Below, one piece after another: positions 27,298-35,612 of a stretch of DNA of 64,000 nucleotides (the stretch's first letter is position 1; every line of letters starts with the position of its first letter). The notes below the pieces were generated by a model. The model did not search any database. It was not told the DNA's origin and saw only the letters and a list, made by a program, of their open reading frames with translations. The stretch is taken from positions 32,001 through 96,000 of IMG/VR virus record IMGVR_UViG_3300045988_147821; one strand, written 5' to 3'. The position numbers and the translations under genes were made by a program. Origin of the DNA: a virus.

Positions 27298-27729
27298 TTA
27301 AATGTTATTTAAATATGATTTTGGAAGTAATGGAAAAACATTCAAAACTTCTTTAAAACTTATTTCTCCAAACTTTTCGATATATACGGAAAAATAACGT
27401 TCTTTCCGCCTACGATCAATAGTTATGCAGCTAGGTACGTCCTTTCGTTTTAACGTATTATAGTCGTTTGCGTGCTTTCTTACAAACTTAATCAATTCGG
27501 GCGTGTCTCTGTATAGTTTTATTATGTTTTGTGTCCTGGTGCCGTTATAATACACTCGTTTAACCTGTTTTTCGGGTAACTTGTGCCCGTCATAGCTTTT
27601 CCAAAACTTGATATTTTCCTTTATAATATTCAATGTGTCAATGCTTCTACTAGCTTTAAACGTTCCTATCTTAATACTTTCGTTTTCAAGGATAGGATAT
27701 AATTCTTTTTCTACATTCTGTTTTTTCAT
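27298..27729 (-). CDS. hypothetical protein
   Basis: Start taken at MKKQNVEK (27729), 5 nt after the upstream stop. The ORF track gives 27756. Confidence 0.5.
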   Translation of the reverse strand: MKKQNVEKELYPILENESIKIGTFKASRSIDTLNIIKENIKFWKSYDGHKLPEKQVKRVYYNGTRTQNIIKLYRDTPELIKFVRKHANDYNTLKRKDVPSCITIDRRRKERYFSVYIEKFGEISFKEVLNVFPLLPKSYLNNI

Positions 27730-27733
27730 AATG

Positions 27734-28006
27734 CTAAATATTTTCAGTGTAAACATAATTTCCTGTATTCACTTCTACAACTGACACGGTACCGCCCTTG
27801 TAATCGCCAAAATAGGTTGTATTGTCGTTCCTGTTTGCTTCAATCCATTGCATACAATATTCGTAAGTACCATTTATATACTTACAATTGCTTGCTGTGT
27901 CATCATTAAAAACCACGTCGTAAACTTGTTCGCAATTGGTTTCGGTTTTTTGTTTACAATCGTCTATCACTACCACGGCTTTTTGTGATATTCTCTTTGT
28001 TTCCAT
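27734..28006 (-). CDS. hypothetical protein
   Basis: 90-aa ORF starting METKR directly behind repeat copy C. Confidence 0.5.
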   Translation of the reverse strand: METKRISQKAVVVIDDCKQKTETNCEQVYDVVFNDDTASNCKYINGTYEYCMQWIEANRNDNTTYFGDYKGGTVSVVEVNTGNYVYTENI

Positions 28007-28014
28007 AATTGTAA

Positions 28015-28169
28015 GTGTTTTTTAATTGTTCGTTAATCGTTTTTTCAATCACATTGCAAAGGTAAGGATAAAAACCGAAATAACAACTATTTCGGGAAAT
28101 TATTTTTGTTAATAAATGTTTAATGATAGGTAAAACGTTGAAATTGAGTGAGTTATGAACTATCAAAAA
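28015..28169 (-). repeat. intergenic repeat, copy C
   Basis: Same sequence as copies A and B. TACCTTTG box at 28057..28064. Confidence 0.9.
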
Positions 28170-28244
28170 TTTCGGTTTTTGATACGGTATATATTGCGTA
28201 CATGTATATTACACCTTATTATATATAGGGCGTTTGTGATAGAG

Positions 28245-28280
28245 ATCCTAGTCCTGGTCCTAGTCCTGGTCCTGGTCCTA
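28245..28280. repeat. hexanucleotide microsatellite (GTCCTR)x6
   Basis: atccta gtcctg gtccta gtcctg gtcctg gtccta, in non-coding DNA. Confidence 0.85.
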
Positions 28281-28292
28281 GACGATTGATAG

Positions 28293-28322
28293 TAAAAAAG
28301 TCGGACACATGAGGTGCCCGAC
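28293..28322 (-). terminator. weak intrinsic terminator after the DUF4494-like gene
   Basis: On the minus strand, GTCGGG-loop-TCCGAC is followed by TTTTTTAC. Confidence 0.45.
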
Positions 28323-28387
28323 TGGTGCACCCCCCCAGGGGCAGGAGAGGGTGTTGCACAAATTTTCGATAGGAGAGGGGAGATCTG

Positions 28388-28894
28388 CTATTCCTGGCCT
28401 CCCGTTTGGTTCAACCCCGCCTCCGCCATAATGATTTCCTTGACTTCGGTTTTCTTGATTGCCTTACAGGTGCACTCCTTCCCTACCCCGATAATCTCCT
28501 TGGCAGATTCAATCGCCTTTTCAGAGGCAAGAGATGAATCGGAAGCGAAGCACAGGACCTTGTGTGTCCGCGATTTCATTTTGCCCTTCACCTCTTCCAT
28601 ATATTCACAGGTGCACAGATACCATGCCCCATCAGCTTCTCCCCCACCCTTCTCGGACTTGGGAAGATACGTGTTTATTTTCATCTCACGTATCGGGAAT
28701 ACCCAGAACTCGCCTGTATCGCTTGACACTTCTTCTTCTTTTTCTATCACGGAAGTATGTTTCATCGCAAGCGTTTCAGCTTCCGTATAGTTTGCAGGGT
28801 CCATTACAAGGACGGTCTTTGATGTCTTTACCGATTCACCATCCACATTGTTCACGTAATAGTTGATTTTACATTCTAAATTCATTTTCCTCAA
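28388..28894 (-). CDS. DUF4494-like protein
   Basis: ECKINYY...LVMDPANYTEAETLA and WYLCTCEY...KVLCFASDSSLASEKA resemble, from memory, the two-lobed Bacteroidota DUF4494 pattern (ECK..Y....LVdA.sFTEAE ... WF.CK). Not verified. Confidence 0.45.
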   Translation of the reverse strand: MRKMNLECKINYYVNNVDGESVKTSKTVLVMDPANYTEAETLAMKHTSVIEKEEEVSSDTGEFWVFPIREMKINTYLPKSEKGGGEADGAWYLCTCEYMEEVKGKMKSRTHKVLCFASDSSLASEKAIESAKEIIGVGKECTCKAIKKTEVKEIIMAEAGLNQTGGQE

Positions 28895-28919
28895 ATTTTT
28901 ATGGTTAATAATTTATTTC

Positions 28920-29095
28920 ACTTCCTCAAATACTTTATCAGTATATTTTGTTTCACTTCCTCATTCATCATTCACATCATCATCTTTTCCCCAACTTCCT
29001 CATCAACTTCCTCAAAAATATTTTTGTCACTTCCTCAAACACTTCCTCAACCGTTTCCTCATTACTTCCTCAATAGGAACGGAAACACTTCCTTA
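28920..29095. repeat. array of 9 copies of ACTTCCTCA (minus strand TGAGGAAGT)
   Basis: Seven perfect and two one-mismatch copies start at 28920, 28955, 28994, 29006, 29029, 29041, 29053, 29064 and 29087. Spacings are 35, 39, 12, 23, 12, 12, 11 and 23. Confidence 0.85.
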
Positions 29096-29098
29096 ATG

Positions 29099-29527
29099 TC
29101 ACGGGAGATAAACATCAAGGTCATTTATGCCCGTTTTCCTCATCACCCTAGTAAGACCCTGCCACGATATAAAAAGTGCCGTATCAAACAGGAAATTGGG
29201 CATTTTCATCCACAAAGATTTCGTGGTTATTTCCTCAATGTCCACCCTCATTCCATAAAACAGACCGATAGGACGTATCAGAACGCTTTCCTTGCTTGTA
29301 AAAACCTCACTTATCTTTCCTAGTGCCACGGAAGATATGTTCTTTCCCGGTATCAGGACAATAATGTCCTCACGTGGCATTTCAAGCATTTCCTCTATCT
29401 TTTCCGTTTCATCCTCAAAGAAGATATTGTTGTCACGACAAAGTTCAAGAGTGTACAGGACACTGTTGTTCTTCATGTGATCTATGAAAGCGTTACCCTT
29501 TTTATAGGAAAAATTCTTGTATATCAT
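29099..29527 (-). CDS. hypothetical protein
   Basis: 142-aa ORF. Confidence 0.5.
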   Translation of the reverse strand: MIYKNFSYKKGNAFIDHMKNNSVLYTLELCRDNNIFFEDETEKIEEMLEMPREDIIVLIPGKNISSVALGKISEVFTSKESVLIRPIGLFYGMRVDIEEITTKSLWMKMPNFLFDTALFISWQGLTRVMRKTGINDLDVYLP

Positions 29528-29532
29528 GGCCG

Positions 29533-29778
29533 TTATTCACTAAATATAATTTCTGCCGGGCGAATCCACAGTTTGTATGTGGGATATTTCTTTTCCACAT
29601 CATCTTCATTGTACACCTTTACGAACTTCACATCATCCTTAAGATGCTCGTATTTGTCCATCATGGTATCGAAATTCTTCTCAAATTCTTCCGGTGTGGA
29701 AGCCATATCCCCGAATGTTATCAATGCAGGCAAAACCTCATTAAACATTTCCAGTCCGTTTGCTCCTGTTGTTCTCAT
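29533..29778 (-). CDS. hypothetical protein
   Basis: 81-aa ORF. Confidence 0.5.
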   Translation of the reverse strand: MRTTGANGLEMFNEVLPALITFGDMASTPEEFEKNFDTMMDKYEHLKDDVKFVKVYNEDDVEKKYPTYKLWIRPAEIIFSE

Positions 29779-29945
29779 TATGTTATCAAAATTTTAAATT
29801 AAACGATAAATCCGTGAATATGACAGGACAAATGAATCCCCGTCCAAAAATATAATTAAAAGTATAACGGGTTAATATTGTAAATAATAACAGGGTATCC
29901 GATTCCCATATCATATATCACGGATTCAAAGATAAATGTTTTGGT

Positions 29946-30140
29946 TTATGTCCGAACGATTCTATAACCTTTTTCGGACAGGAATTTTTTGATTACTAGC
30001 GTGTTCACCACCTCCTTTCCATTATGATTGAAACTTCCGGGCAACGAATTTCTTATAGACCATAACCTGAAAATTTTTGTGTGTATGAACCCTCCCATAA
30101 AAATCATCAAGTTCATACACAGACTTGAAACACTTTTCAT
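29946..30140 (-). CDS. hypothetical small protein
   Basis: 64-aa ORF. Weak support. Confidence 0.3.
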   Translation of the reverse strand: MKSVSSLCMNLMIFMGGFIHTKIFRLWSIRNSLPGSFNHNGKEVVNTLVIKKFLSEKGYRIVRT

Positions 30141-30179
30141 TGCCCTGCGGATTAATCAGTTTATACATATATCTCTAGT

Positions 30180-30710
30180 TTATAGATTTTTGAAATAAAA
30201 ACCCATTCCATTTGCCGAATAAGCCTTCGTAACGCTGTCAAAAATACGCTTGTCTATATTCCCATCCATTGCATCATACCATTGGAAACAACAGTCATTA
30301 TCGGTAATAGGGTATATTTTCGGTCCTTTTGCAGTGTCTATGTCATTAGGATTGTCATATCTCATAAAATCAAATATGGTACTTTTTATTGCGAAACGGA
30401 ACATGGATTTATTCGGTGATTCAATAAACGAAATTCCTTCACGTTCACATACATATCTTATGACCGCTCTTATATTTTCAACCCATGATATAGGTTTGTC
30501 GGTGGCAATCCATATAGGATTATCCTGCTTTTTAAAGTTGTACAGGTCAAGTTCCGCAATGCCTATCAACTGGAAGGCAAACAGGGTGGAATATCCGGCT
30601 CTTCTTCCAAAATACACCGCATCATCATTTTCCCCGTCAAGACCGTTAAGGAAAATGCTGTGAAGTCTGTCTATGTCAAATTTCCCATTTGTAATATTAT
30701 AACTTCTCAT
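30180..30710 (-). CDS. hypothetical protein
   Basis: 176-aa ORF behind the minus-strand TATATTTG box at 30759..30766. Confidence 0.55.
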   Translation of the reverse strand: MRSYNITNGKFDIDRLHSIFLNGLDGENDDAVYFGRRAGYSTLFAFQLIGIAELDLYNFKKQDNPIWIATDKPISWVENIRAVIRYVCEREGISFIESPNKSMFRFAIKSTIFDFMRYDNPNDIDTAKGPKIYPITDNDCCFQWYDAMDGNIDKRIFDSVTKAYSANGMGFYFKNL

Positions 30711-30878
30711 AATAGGGTAATTCTACGATTGTTTAAATTTGATTTTAATTTTGTGGTGCAAATATAGATATTATTTAAATTTTCACCAAATAAAATAGCA
30801 AATAATTTAAATAAAATGGAGCACTCCATTACGAAGCACCCCATTTCAACTAAAAAACAAAAATAAGATATGGTAAAG

Positions 30879-31331
30879 TTATTTGATGGAGATATAGATA
30901 TCGTCTTTTGTAGCAAGCAATCTTTTCATAAGGTTATGGAATGTTGCCGTACTGTTCATTACCCTTCCTACAATAGAGTTTACTCCCACAAGCACGCAGC
31001 CGGAACTATCCTGTGCCGTATTTCCGACATGTATAAGAACACCCTCAAAGCCTGGTACGCCAATCAATCGTGGCAGTTTACCATCGTATGGTTTTGCCCA
31101 CGATCTTTCCTTAAAACGCAAGGAAACGGTGTCCATGTCCACCTTATATCTTCCAGTAGGGATTGCAGTTTGTCCGTACACCTTTATTTCCTTGATTTTA
31201 TGTTCGGGCATGTCTTGTGAAAGCCCTCTATCCTTATCCTCTATCGTATCGCAAAAGTCCTCCCCGTCAATGGAGAGTTTTCCTATTGTATAGGTTTCCT
31301 TTCTTGCTATTCGTCTAAGTTCAAGTTCCAT
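30879..31331 (-). CDS. putative cell-wall-active enzyme (His...Ser-x-Gly-Cys motif)
   Basis: GVLIHVGNTAQDSSGCVLVG is reminiscent of the H...S.GC catalytic motif of the YkuD/L,D-transpeptidase fold. The spacing is not canonical. Confidence 0.35.
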   Translation of the reverse strand: MELELRRIARKETYTIGKLSIDGEDFCDTIEDKDRGLSQDMPEHKIKEIKVYGQTAIPTGRYKVDMDTVSLRFKERSWAKPYDGKLPRLIGVPGFEGVLIHVGNTAQDSSGCVLVGVNSIVGRVMNSTATFHNLMKRLLATKDDIYISIK

Positions 31332-31525
31332 ACTTCACTGTTTAAAATTTCACTTAATTCATTACTGTCGTAAAGGTAAGAAGAAATCTCTTCATCTCCC
31401 AATACGGGTGCGACAAAATCCTCGTGTAACAGGATCATTGTTCCGTCAACACTTCTTCTTGCGTGGATGGGCGGAACAATCCCATGTTCCATACACCATT
31501 TTATTGTTACTATAACGTATCTCAT
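31307..31525 (-). CDS. hypothetical small protein
   Basis: 72-aa ORF overlapping both neighbours. Confidence 0.45.
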   Translation of the reverse strand: MRYVIVTIKWCMEHGIVPPIHARRSVDGTMILLHEDFVAPVLGDEEISSYLYDSNELSEILNSEVWNLNLDE

Positions 31526-32979
31526 TTTGTTATCAAATTTTCAAGTACATAATTAATTAAATCCTGCTCGGTGAATCCGTCAGTTTCCTTGGTGGGAACT
31601 GAATCGAATCCTATGGAGTTGTAGAAAGCTGAACTAATCCATCCGCTATTATGGTCAGTATTGCTAAAGAATATAGGAGTTTTAGTTTTATCACCTGTCA
31701 CATCATTGTTTACTATGGTGATTATTTGCTTTTTGTTTAACAAAGCGGAAACTATTGTAGATTCATTCAGTGTTCCATCAATATAGGTCTTGCCGTTTGA
31801 GTTCCTACTATTATAAGCAATACTACCTTTGTCATTGAATACGGCAAACAGCCAAGGTTCAGTAGTATTCAGTCTTTGGTCATAGATAAACTTTCCATCA
31901 ACAAACGGATTAATAGTAGTAAACAACACCTTAACGCCCTGTTGCAAGTTCTGTATTTGCCCATAATCATCTACCCCATCAGTTACTAGGGCGTTGGGAT
32001 ATCTAGGTATAAACTCTATTGTTACATCCATATCTCCTGCACTTCCTGTAACTCCTATGGCGTTATACAATGAAGTGGTTCCTTCGGGATAGGTTAATGT
32101 CACCTCATGTTCCCCGTTGTCAAAAGTATAAAATCCGCCATTTCTGTTTACCAAACTAACTTGTCTGCCATCAGAAAGACCTGTAACCTTAAACTTATGC
32201 GTTGGGTTAGAGTTTGCCGGAACTATGTTTACCATGTTATCCGTAGTGGATAGTTTTTTAGTAATATGAATAATTCTGTTATCTGTAACAGTAACATTTG
32301 CTCTATCGGGTAGAATATTGGTGCTAGAAATGTCATACCCTCCCACACCGCTCATTGCCGCGAACAGGAAATTGTTCAATTTAAGCGGTCTGTTGTTTCC
32401 GCTATGGTCTTGCAGGTATGGATTGGCTTTTAGTATCTCGTTTGTGGGAACGGATTGTCCTGACGGTAGCTGGGTGATGGTGATGTTACAAGCACCGACA
32501 ATATTGCCGTTTCTGAATGACAGATTACCCTTTACGGTTTTCAATGGCGGAATATCATAGGTTCCGTCTGATGTAATATTAACTAATTTTACATTAGCAC
32601 TATATCCCCAGTATAATTCCTGCCCCTCCAAAAGACCCTCAACAGTTACTTTCATTCCAGGAAAATTCTTTGTTTGGTCAGGAATGTAGCATTTTACTGT
32701 ATCGTTCAGTGTAACAAATCTAGTTATGACAAATGAGGTGCTTGTTATAATTACATCAGCATTTACAGAGGGATGCGATCTCCAGTCATTAAAATTTACC
32801 GCATAAACATCTACAGGCTTTGACATATCATACCAAAACACCATGTGTTCTTTCACCCATTTCGCATAATCAGGCGGAAGCGGTCCACCGCTTCCTGCCC
32901 TTCGTCTGAAAATAGTTCCGATTCCAATCATAGAATACGCTCCCGGAATGATATAAAACGATTTCTTTCTTGCTGCCAT
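31522..32979 (-). CDS. putative receptor-binding / fibre-like protein with C-terminal LamG (concanavalin-like) domain
   Basis: TDGVDDYGQIQNL..VLFTTI......WLFAVFNDKGS...GKTYIDGTLN resembles the LamG_3 jelly-roll pattern (DG.dDy..i ... W.h.a...d......lYvDG). Confidence 0.4.
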   Translation of the reverse strand: MAARKKSFYIIPGAYSMIGIGTIFRRRAGSGGPLPPDYAKWVKEHMVFWYDMSKPVDVYAVNFNDWRSHPSVNADVIITSTSFVITRFVTLNDTVKCYIPDQTKNFPGMKVTVEGLLEGQELYWGYSANVKLVNITSDGTYDIPPLKTVKGNLSFRNGNIVGACNITITQLPSGQSVPTNEILKANPYLQDHSGNNRPLKLNNFLFAAMSGVGGYDISSTNILPDRANVTVTDNRIIHITKKLSTTDNMVNIVPANSNPTHKFKVTGLSDGRQVSLVNRNGGFYTFDNGEHEVTLTYPEGTTSLYNAIGVTGSAGDMDVTIEFIPRYPNALVTDGVDDYGQIQNLQQGVKVLFTTINPFVDGKFIYDQRLNTTEPWLFAVFNDKGSIAYNSRNSNGKTYIDGTLNESTIVSALLNKKQIITIVNNDVTGDKTKTPIFFSNTDHNSGWISSAFYNSIGFDSVPTKETDGFTEQDLINYVLENLITK

Positions 32980-33001
32980 CTCATCTTATACCCCCCCCTA
33001 T

Positions 33002-33302
33002 TTAATAACCGATATTGAATTGGGCAGTCGTTCCGTCCTTGAAAACCTTGTCAACGAGATAGGGGATCGGATATCCCATGGAAGCGTTCACTTCTGCTTC
33101 CGATATGGTGTAGGTGTCCTCCAAAGCGGATTCACCGACAAAATGAACTTTGATTGTTCCTGCTGTAAGGGGTATGATCAGGAATGTACCCCCCCCCTAT
33201 TGAAAAGTCCTCCTGCAATGTTCCTATTGCCTTTGCACGGGCTATACTTACAATACTCGTATGCCCCTTATCGTTAGATAATGTAACTCTATTTGGATAC
33301 AT
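33002..33302 (-). pseudogene. small gene split at a G9 homopolymer (frameshifted, phase-variable or recoded)
   Basis: ATG at 33302 gives a 57-aa frame ending 19 codons after the G9 run (33189..33197). The +1 frame opens exactly at the run and continues to the TAA at 33002. One G fewer would give a continuous 100-aa ORF. Confidence 0.5.
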
Positions 33303-33332
33303 AATTTATTGATTTTTTAAATTCTATCTGCA

Positions 33333-33375
33333 TCAAAAATAGGAAAATCCTGTCAATTTCACAACTGGCAGGATT
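33333..33375 (-). terminator. intrinsic terminator after ORF 33411..34547
   Basis: On the minus strand, AATCCTGCC-loop-GACAGGATT is followed by TTCCTATTTTTG. Confidence 0.55.
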
Positions 33376-33410
33376 CAGAATGAATGGAAAATCAATTTAT
33401 GAACACACAA

Positions 33411-34547
33411 TCAGTCCTCAATAGAGGATTGCCGTTCTTTTAGTGCCTTTATTCTTTCGAGAAGTTTCTCCCTGTTTCTTTCAGCCGCAGACTGTTCCTC
33501 AAAATCGGTATATTCGTATTCGGGCTTACTTTTCATTTCAGACAGGAACGCCTTGTTTTTCTCCCTCAAATCATCCCAATTTGCAGACTTGATAAGTTCC
33601 CCAGGCAATACCACATCATTTGAATCAAGGATATTGCTTCCAAATCCGTTGAAGTCCTTGTAATAGGAGGAAGAAAGCTGTGACATCAGTATCACAGGGT
33701 TCATCCCCTGTTTTGCGGCCACCATACCCACGACAAGGGAATTAATAGGGATATCACGCATGATACGGGATATATTCTCCTTACCATGAAGCGTGGCATT
33801 GATGTCGATACGTCCGTCAACGGTAAGTTTGAGTTCATTTCCTTTCACTTCCTTGCGTGCTTGTTCAAGGATGGCCCGAATCTCCCTTGACATTGCCACG
33901 GCATCCTTATCCTTGTTCAACTCAATGAAGTTATCGTACTTTATCTTGAAATCGGTAAGCATATCATTGAGCATTTCAAGTCTGCCAGCTTCGGTAGCAA
34001 CCTTGTAATTCTTGGATTCAATAGTGTATTTGGTTCTACGTTGCTCTATAAGGTGCCTGTTCTTGTTATAGAATGTTTTCAGTTCACCTTCCGACATGAT
34101 ATATCCATGACGTTTACGGCATACCTTCTGTACGTCCGTAATGGAATTGTAAGAGCCGAACAGGTCCAGGAGCAATGGGGCAAGAGAGGAATCCTTTGTC
34201 CCCTTCTTGCTGTTGCTTAAGTCGAAAGCGGCACAATATGTCTTATATGCTTCGTTGCATCGTATCGTAAGGGGCGTAATAATTTCCTTCTTTATCTCCA
34301 GCGCATCATCTATATCCTCCTTGGAACAACCCTTGTTGGCAAGAAGTCCTTTCACGTTGGGGGATTTCAAGTCCACACGGACATTTGCTCCCTGATCATT
34401 CGTACAGATAAAATACCTGTCAGGACAGTTGTCAAGATTCTGTCTTGCCATTTCGTAATCTAGGTATTTCATTTGCAGATAGGGTTCTGCAAGCTGCACA
34501 AAATCGGGTGCATCCCTTAGCAAATCCTTACGCTCCTTATCAGTCAT
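33411..34547 (-). CDS. hypothetical protein
   Basis: 378-aa ORF. No motif recognised. Confidence 0.6.
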   Translation of the reverse strand: MTDKERKDLLRDAPDFVQLAEPYLQMKYLDYEMARQNLDNCPDRYFICTNDQGANVRVDLKSPNVKGLLANKGCSKEDIDDALEIKKEIITPLTIRCNEAYKTYCAAFDLSNSKKGTKDSSLAPLLLDLFGSYNSITDVQKVCRKRHGYIMSEGELKTFYNKNRHLIEQRRTKYTIESKNYKVATEAGRLEMLNDMLTDFKIKYDNFIELNKDKDAVAMSREIRAILEQARKEVKGNELKLTVDGRIDINATLHGKENISRIMRDIPINSLVVGMVAAKQGMNPVILMSQLSSSYYKDFNGFGSNILDSNDVVLPGELIKSANWDDLREKNKAFLSEMKSKPEYEYTDFEEQSAAERNREKLLERIKALKERQSSIED

Positions 34548-34549
34548 AA

Positions 34550-34981
34550 TTACATTCCTTTCTTGGCTTCTTCCACAAGTTCACGTACTTCCGTATTGAA
34601 CACGTCACCATATACCTTTGCAAGATGTGTGGCGGTTTTCATACATTTTTCAGCAATACTTGTCGTTGTATCCCCTGACTTGTCGTTCTTCTCCGCTTCC
34701 TCTATTTCGTCAAGATGCTTGGATACTAGCATTGAATAGAGAGGGAAAAGTTTTTGATCGTGCATCAACACCTGCTGGTTTACTGCCGCCAGCTTGATGC
34801 CGCTTCCCAGTCCGTCACGGAATCCGGCTTCCGCATCGAATGATACAGTGCCACCTTTGGACTGTTTCCATTTCTGAATGATTTCGTTGAAGAACTTTTC
34901 TTCGGGATTCTGTTGCTGTTGCTGACCGCCATTCTGTTGCATGGCTGCCTGTGGATTAAATTCCTGTTGCATGTTGTTCAA
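34550..34981 (-). CDS. hypothetical protein with Gln-rich N-terminus
   Basis: 143-aa ORF behind the TACCTTTG box at 35020..35027. Confidence 0.55.
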   Translation of the reverse strand: MNNMQQEFNPQAAMQQNGGQQQQQNPEEKFFNEIIQKWKQSKGGTVSFDAEAGFRDGLGSGIKLAAVNQQVLMHDQKLFPLYSMLVSKHLDEIEEAEKNDKSGDTTTSIAEKCMKTATHLAKVYGDVFNTEVRELVEEAKKGM

Positions 34982-35384
34982 ATTTTTATTGGTTAATAAT
35001 TCGTTGCGTTATATTGTCACAAAGGTAGCTTTTCCATTTCATATATACAACAATGGGAGATTGAAAACCAATCCCCCATCATCGTCTATAAAACAGAGGA
35101 CTTTCACCTCACGTCACCCTTCAATGACGGCATTGTGATTAAACTAGAATTTATGTTGATGTTAAGATAAAGATTATCAAAGTAAAAGAAGTACATGTTT
35201 CACAACATCCCTTCTATTGAACGTAACACATTACTAAAACATTCGATTTGCAAATGTTTGCATTCGTTTCTATATGTCACATACCGTAAACGAACGTACT
35301 AAACGAACAATTATTATTAAACTCATTTATGAAATAACAATAAACAAATTTTGAAATGTATATTATTCCTCTCTTGGAACGCTG

Positions 35385-35452
35385 CAAAGATAGGAAGTTA
35401 TTTTAAATTCACAAAGAAAAACTACGAAAATTTTTATAAAAAGTTTTTTAGT
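35385..35452 (-). promoter_or_regulatory. Bacteroidota-type promoter with a conserved 39-bp upstream element
   Basis: The 39-bp sequence aagaaaaactacgaaaatttttataaaaagttttttagt (35414..35452) is identical to 54443..54481. Minus-strand TTTG lies 19 nt from TATCTTTG (35385..35392). Confidence 0.6.
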
Positions 35453-35612
35453 ATTATACAAATAAATGGACCACAAGCATTTACCTGTGGTCCATCATCC
35501 GACTTTTATTATAATCAGCTACTGTTCCTACATTAAGGACAACCGTTAACTAACTCTTTGCCCAAATACTTCTACCTATTCGGACAGTGCAAATATATGG
35601 ATTGTGTTTGGA

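Noticed and set aside
27954-28166. ORF 27954..28166(-), and the extended N-termini at 26871 (ORF 25927..26871) and 41833 (ORF 41474..41833)
   Set aside because: They read straight through the conserved promoter repeat or the -7 box. The conserved ATG GAA ACA starts (or the next Met) just downstream of the promoter are more plausible.
24806-28169. Possible CRISPR array, because an identical sequence recurs three times
   Set aside because: The repeat units are about 150 bp rather than 24-48 bp. They are separated by 1-2 kb of protein-coding genes rather than short spacers, and they contain promoter and terminator signals. No cas genes are present.
28314-29323. Plus-strand ORFs 28314..28790, 28534..28866, 28863..29096 and 28901..29323
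   Set aside because: They are antisense shadows of the DUF4494-like gene, or artefacts of translating the ACTTCCTCA repeat array (SSTSS-type low complexity).
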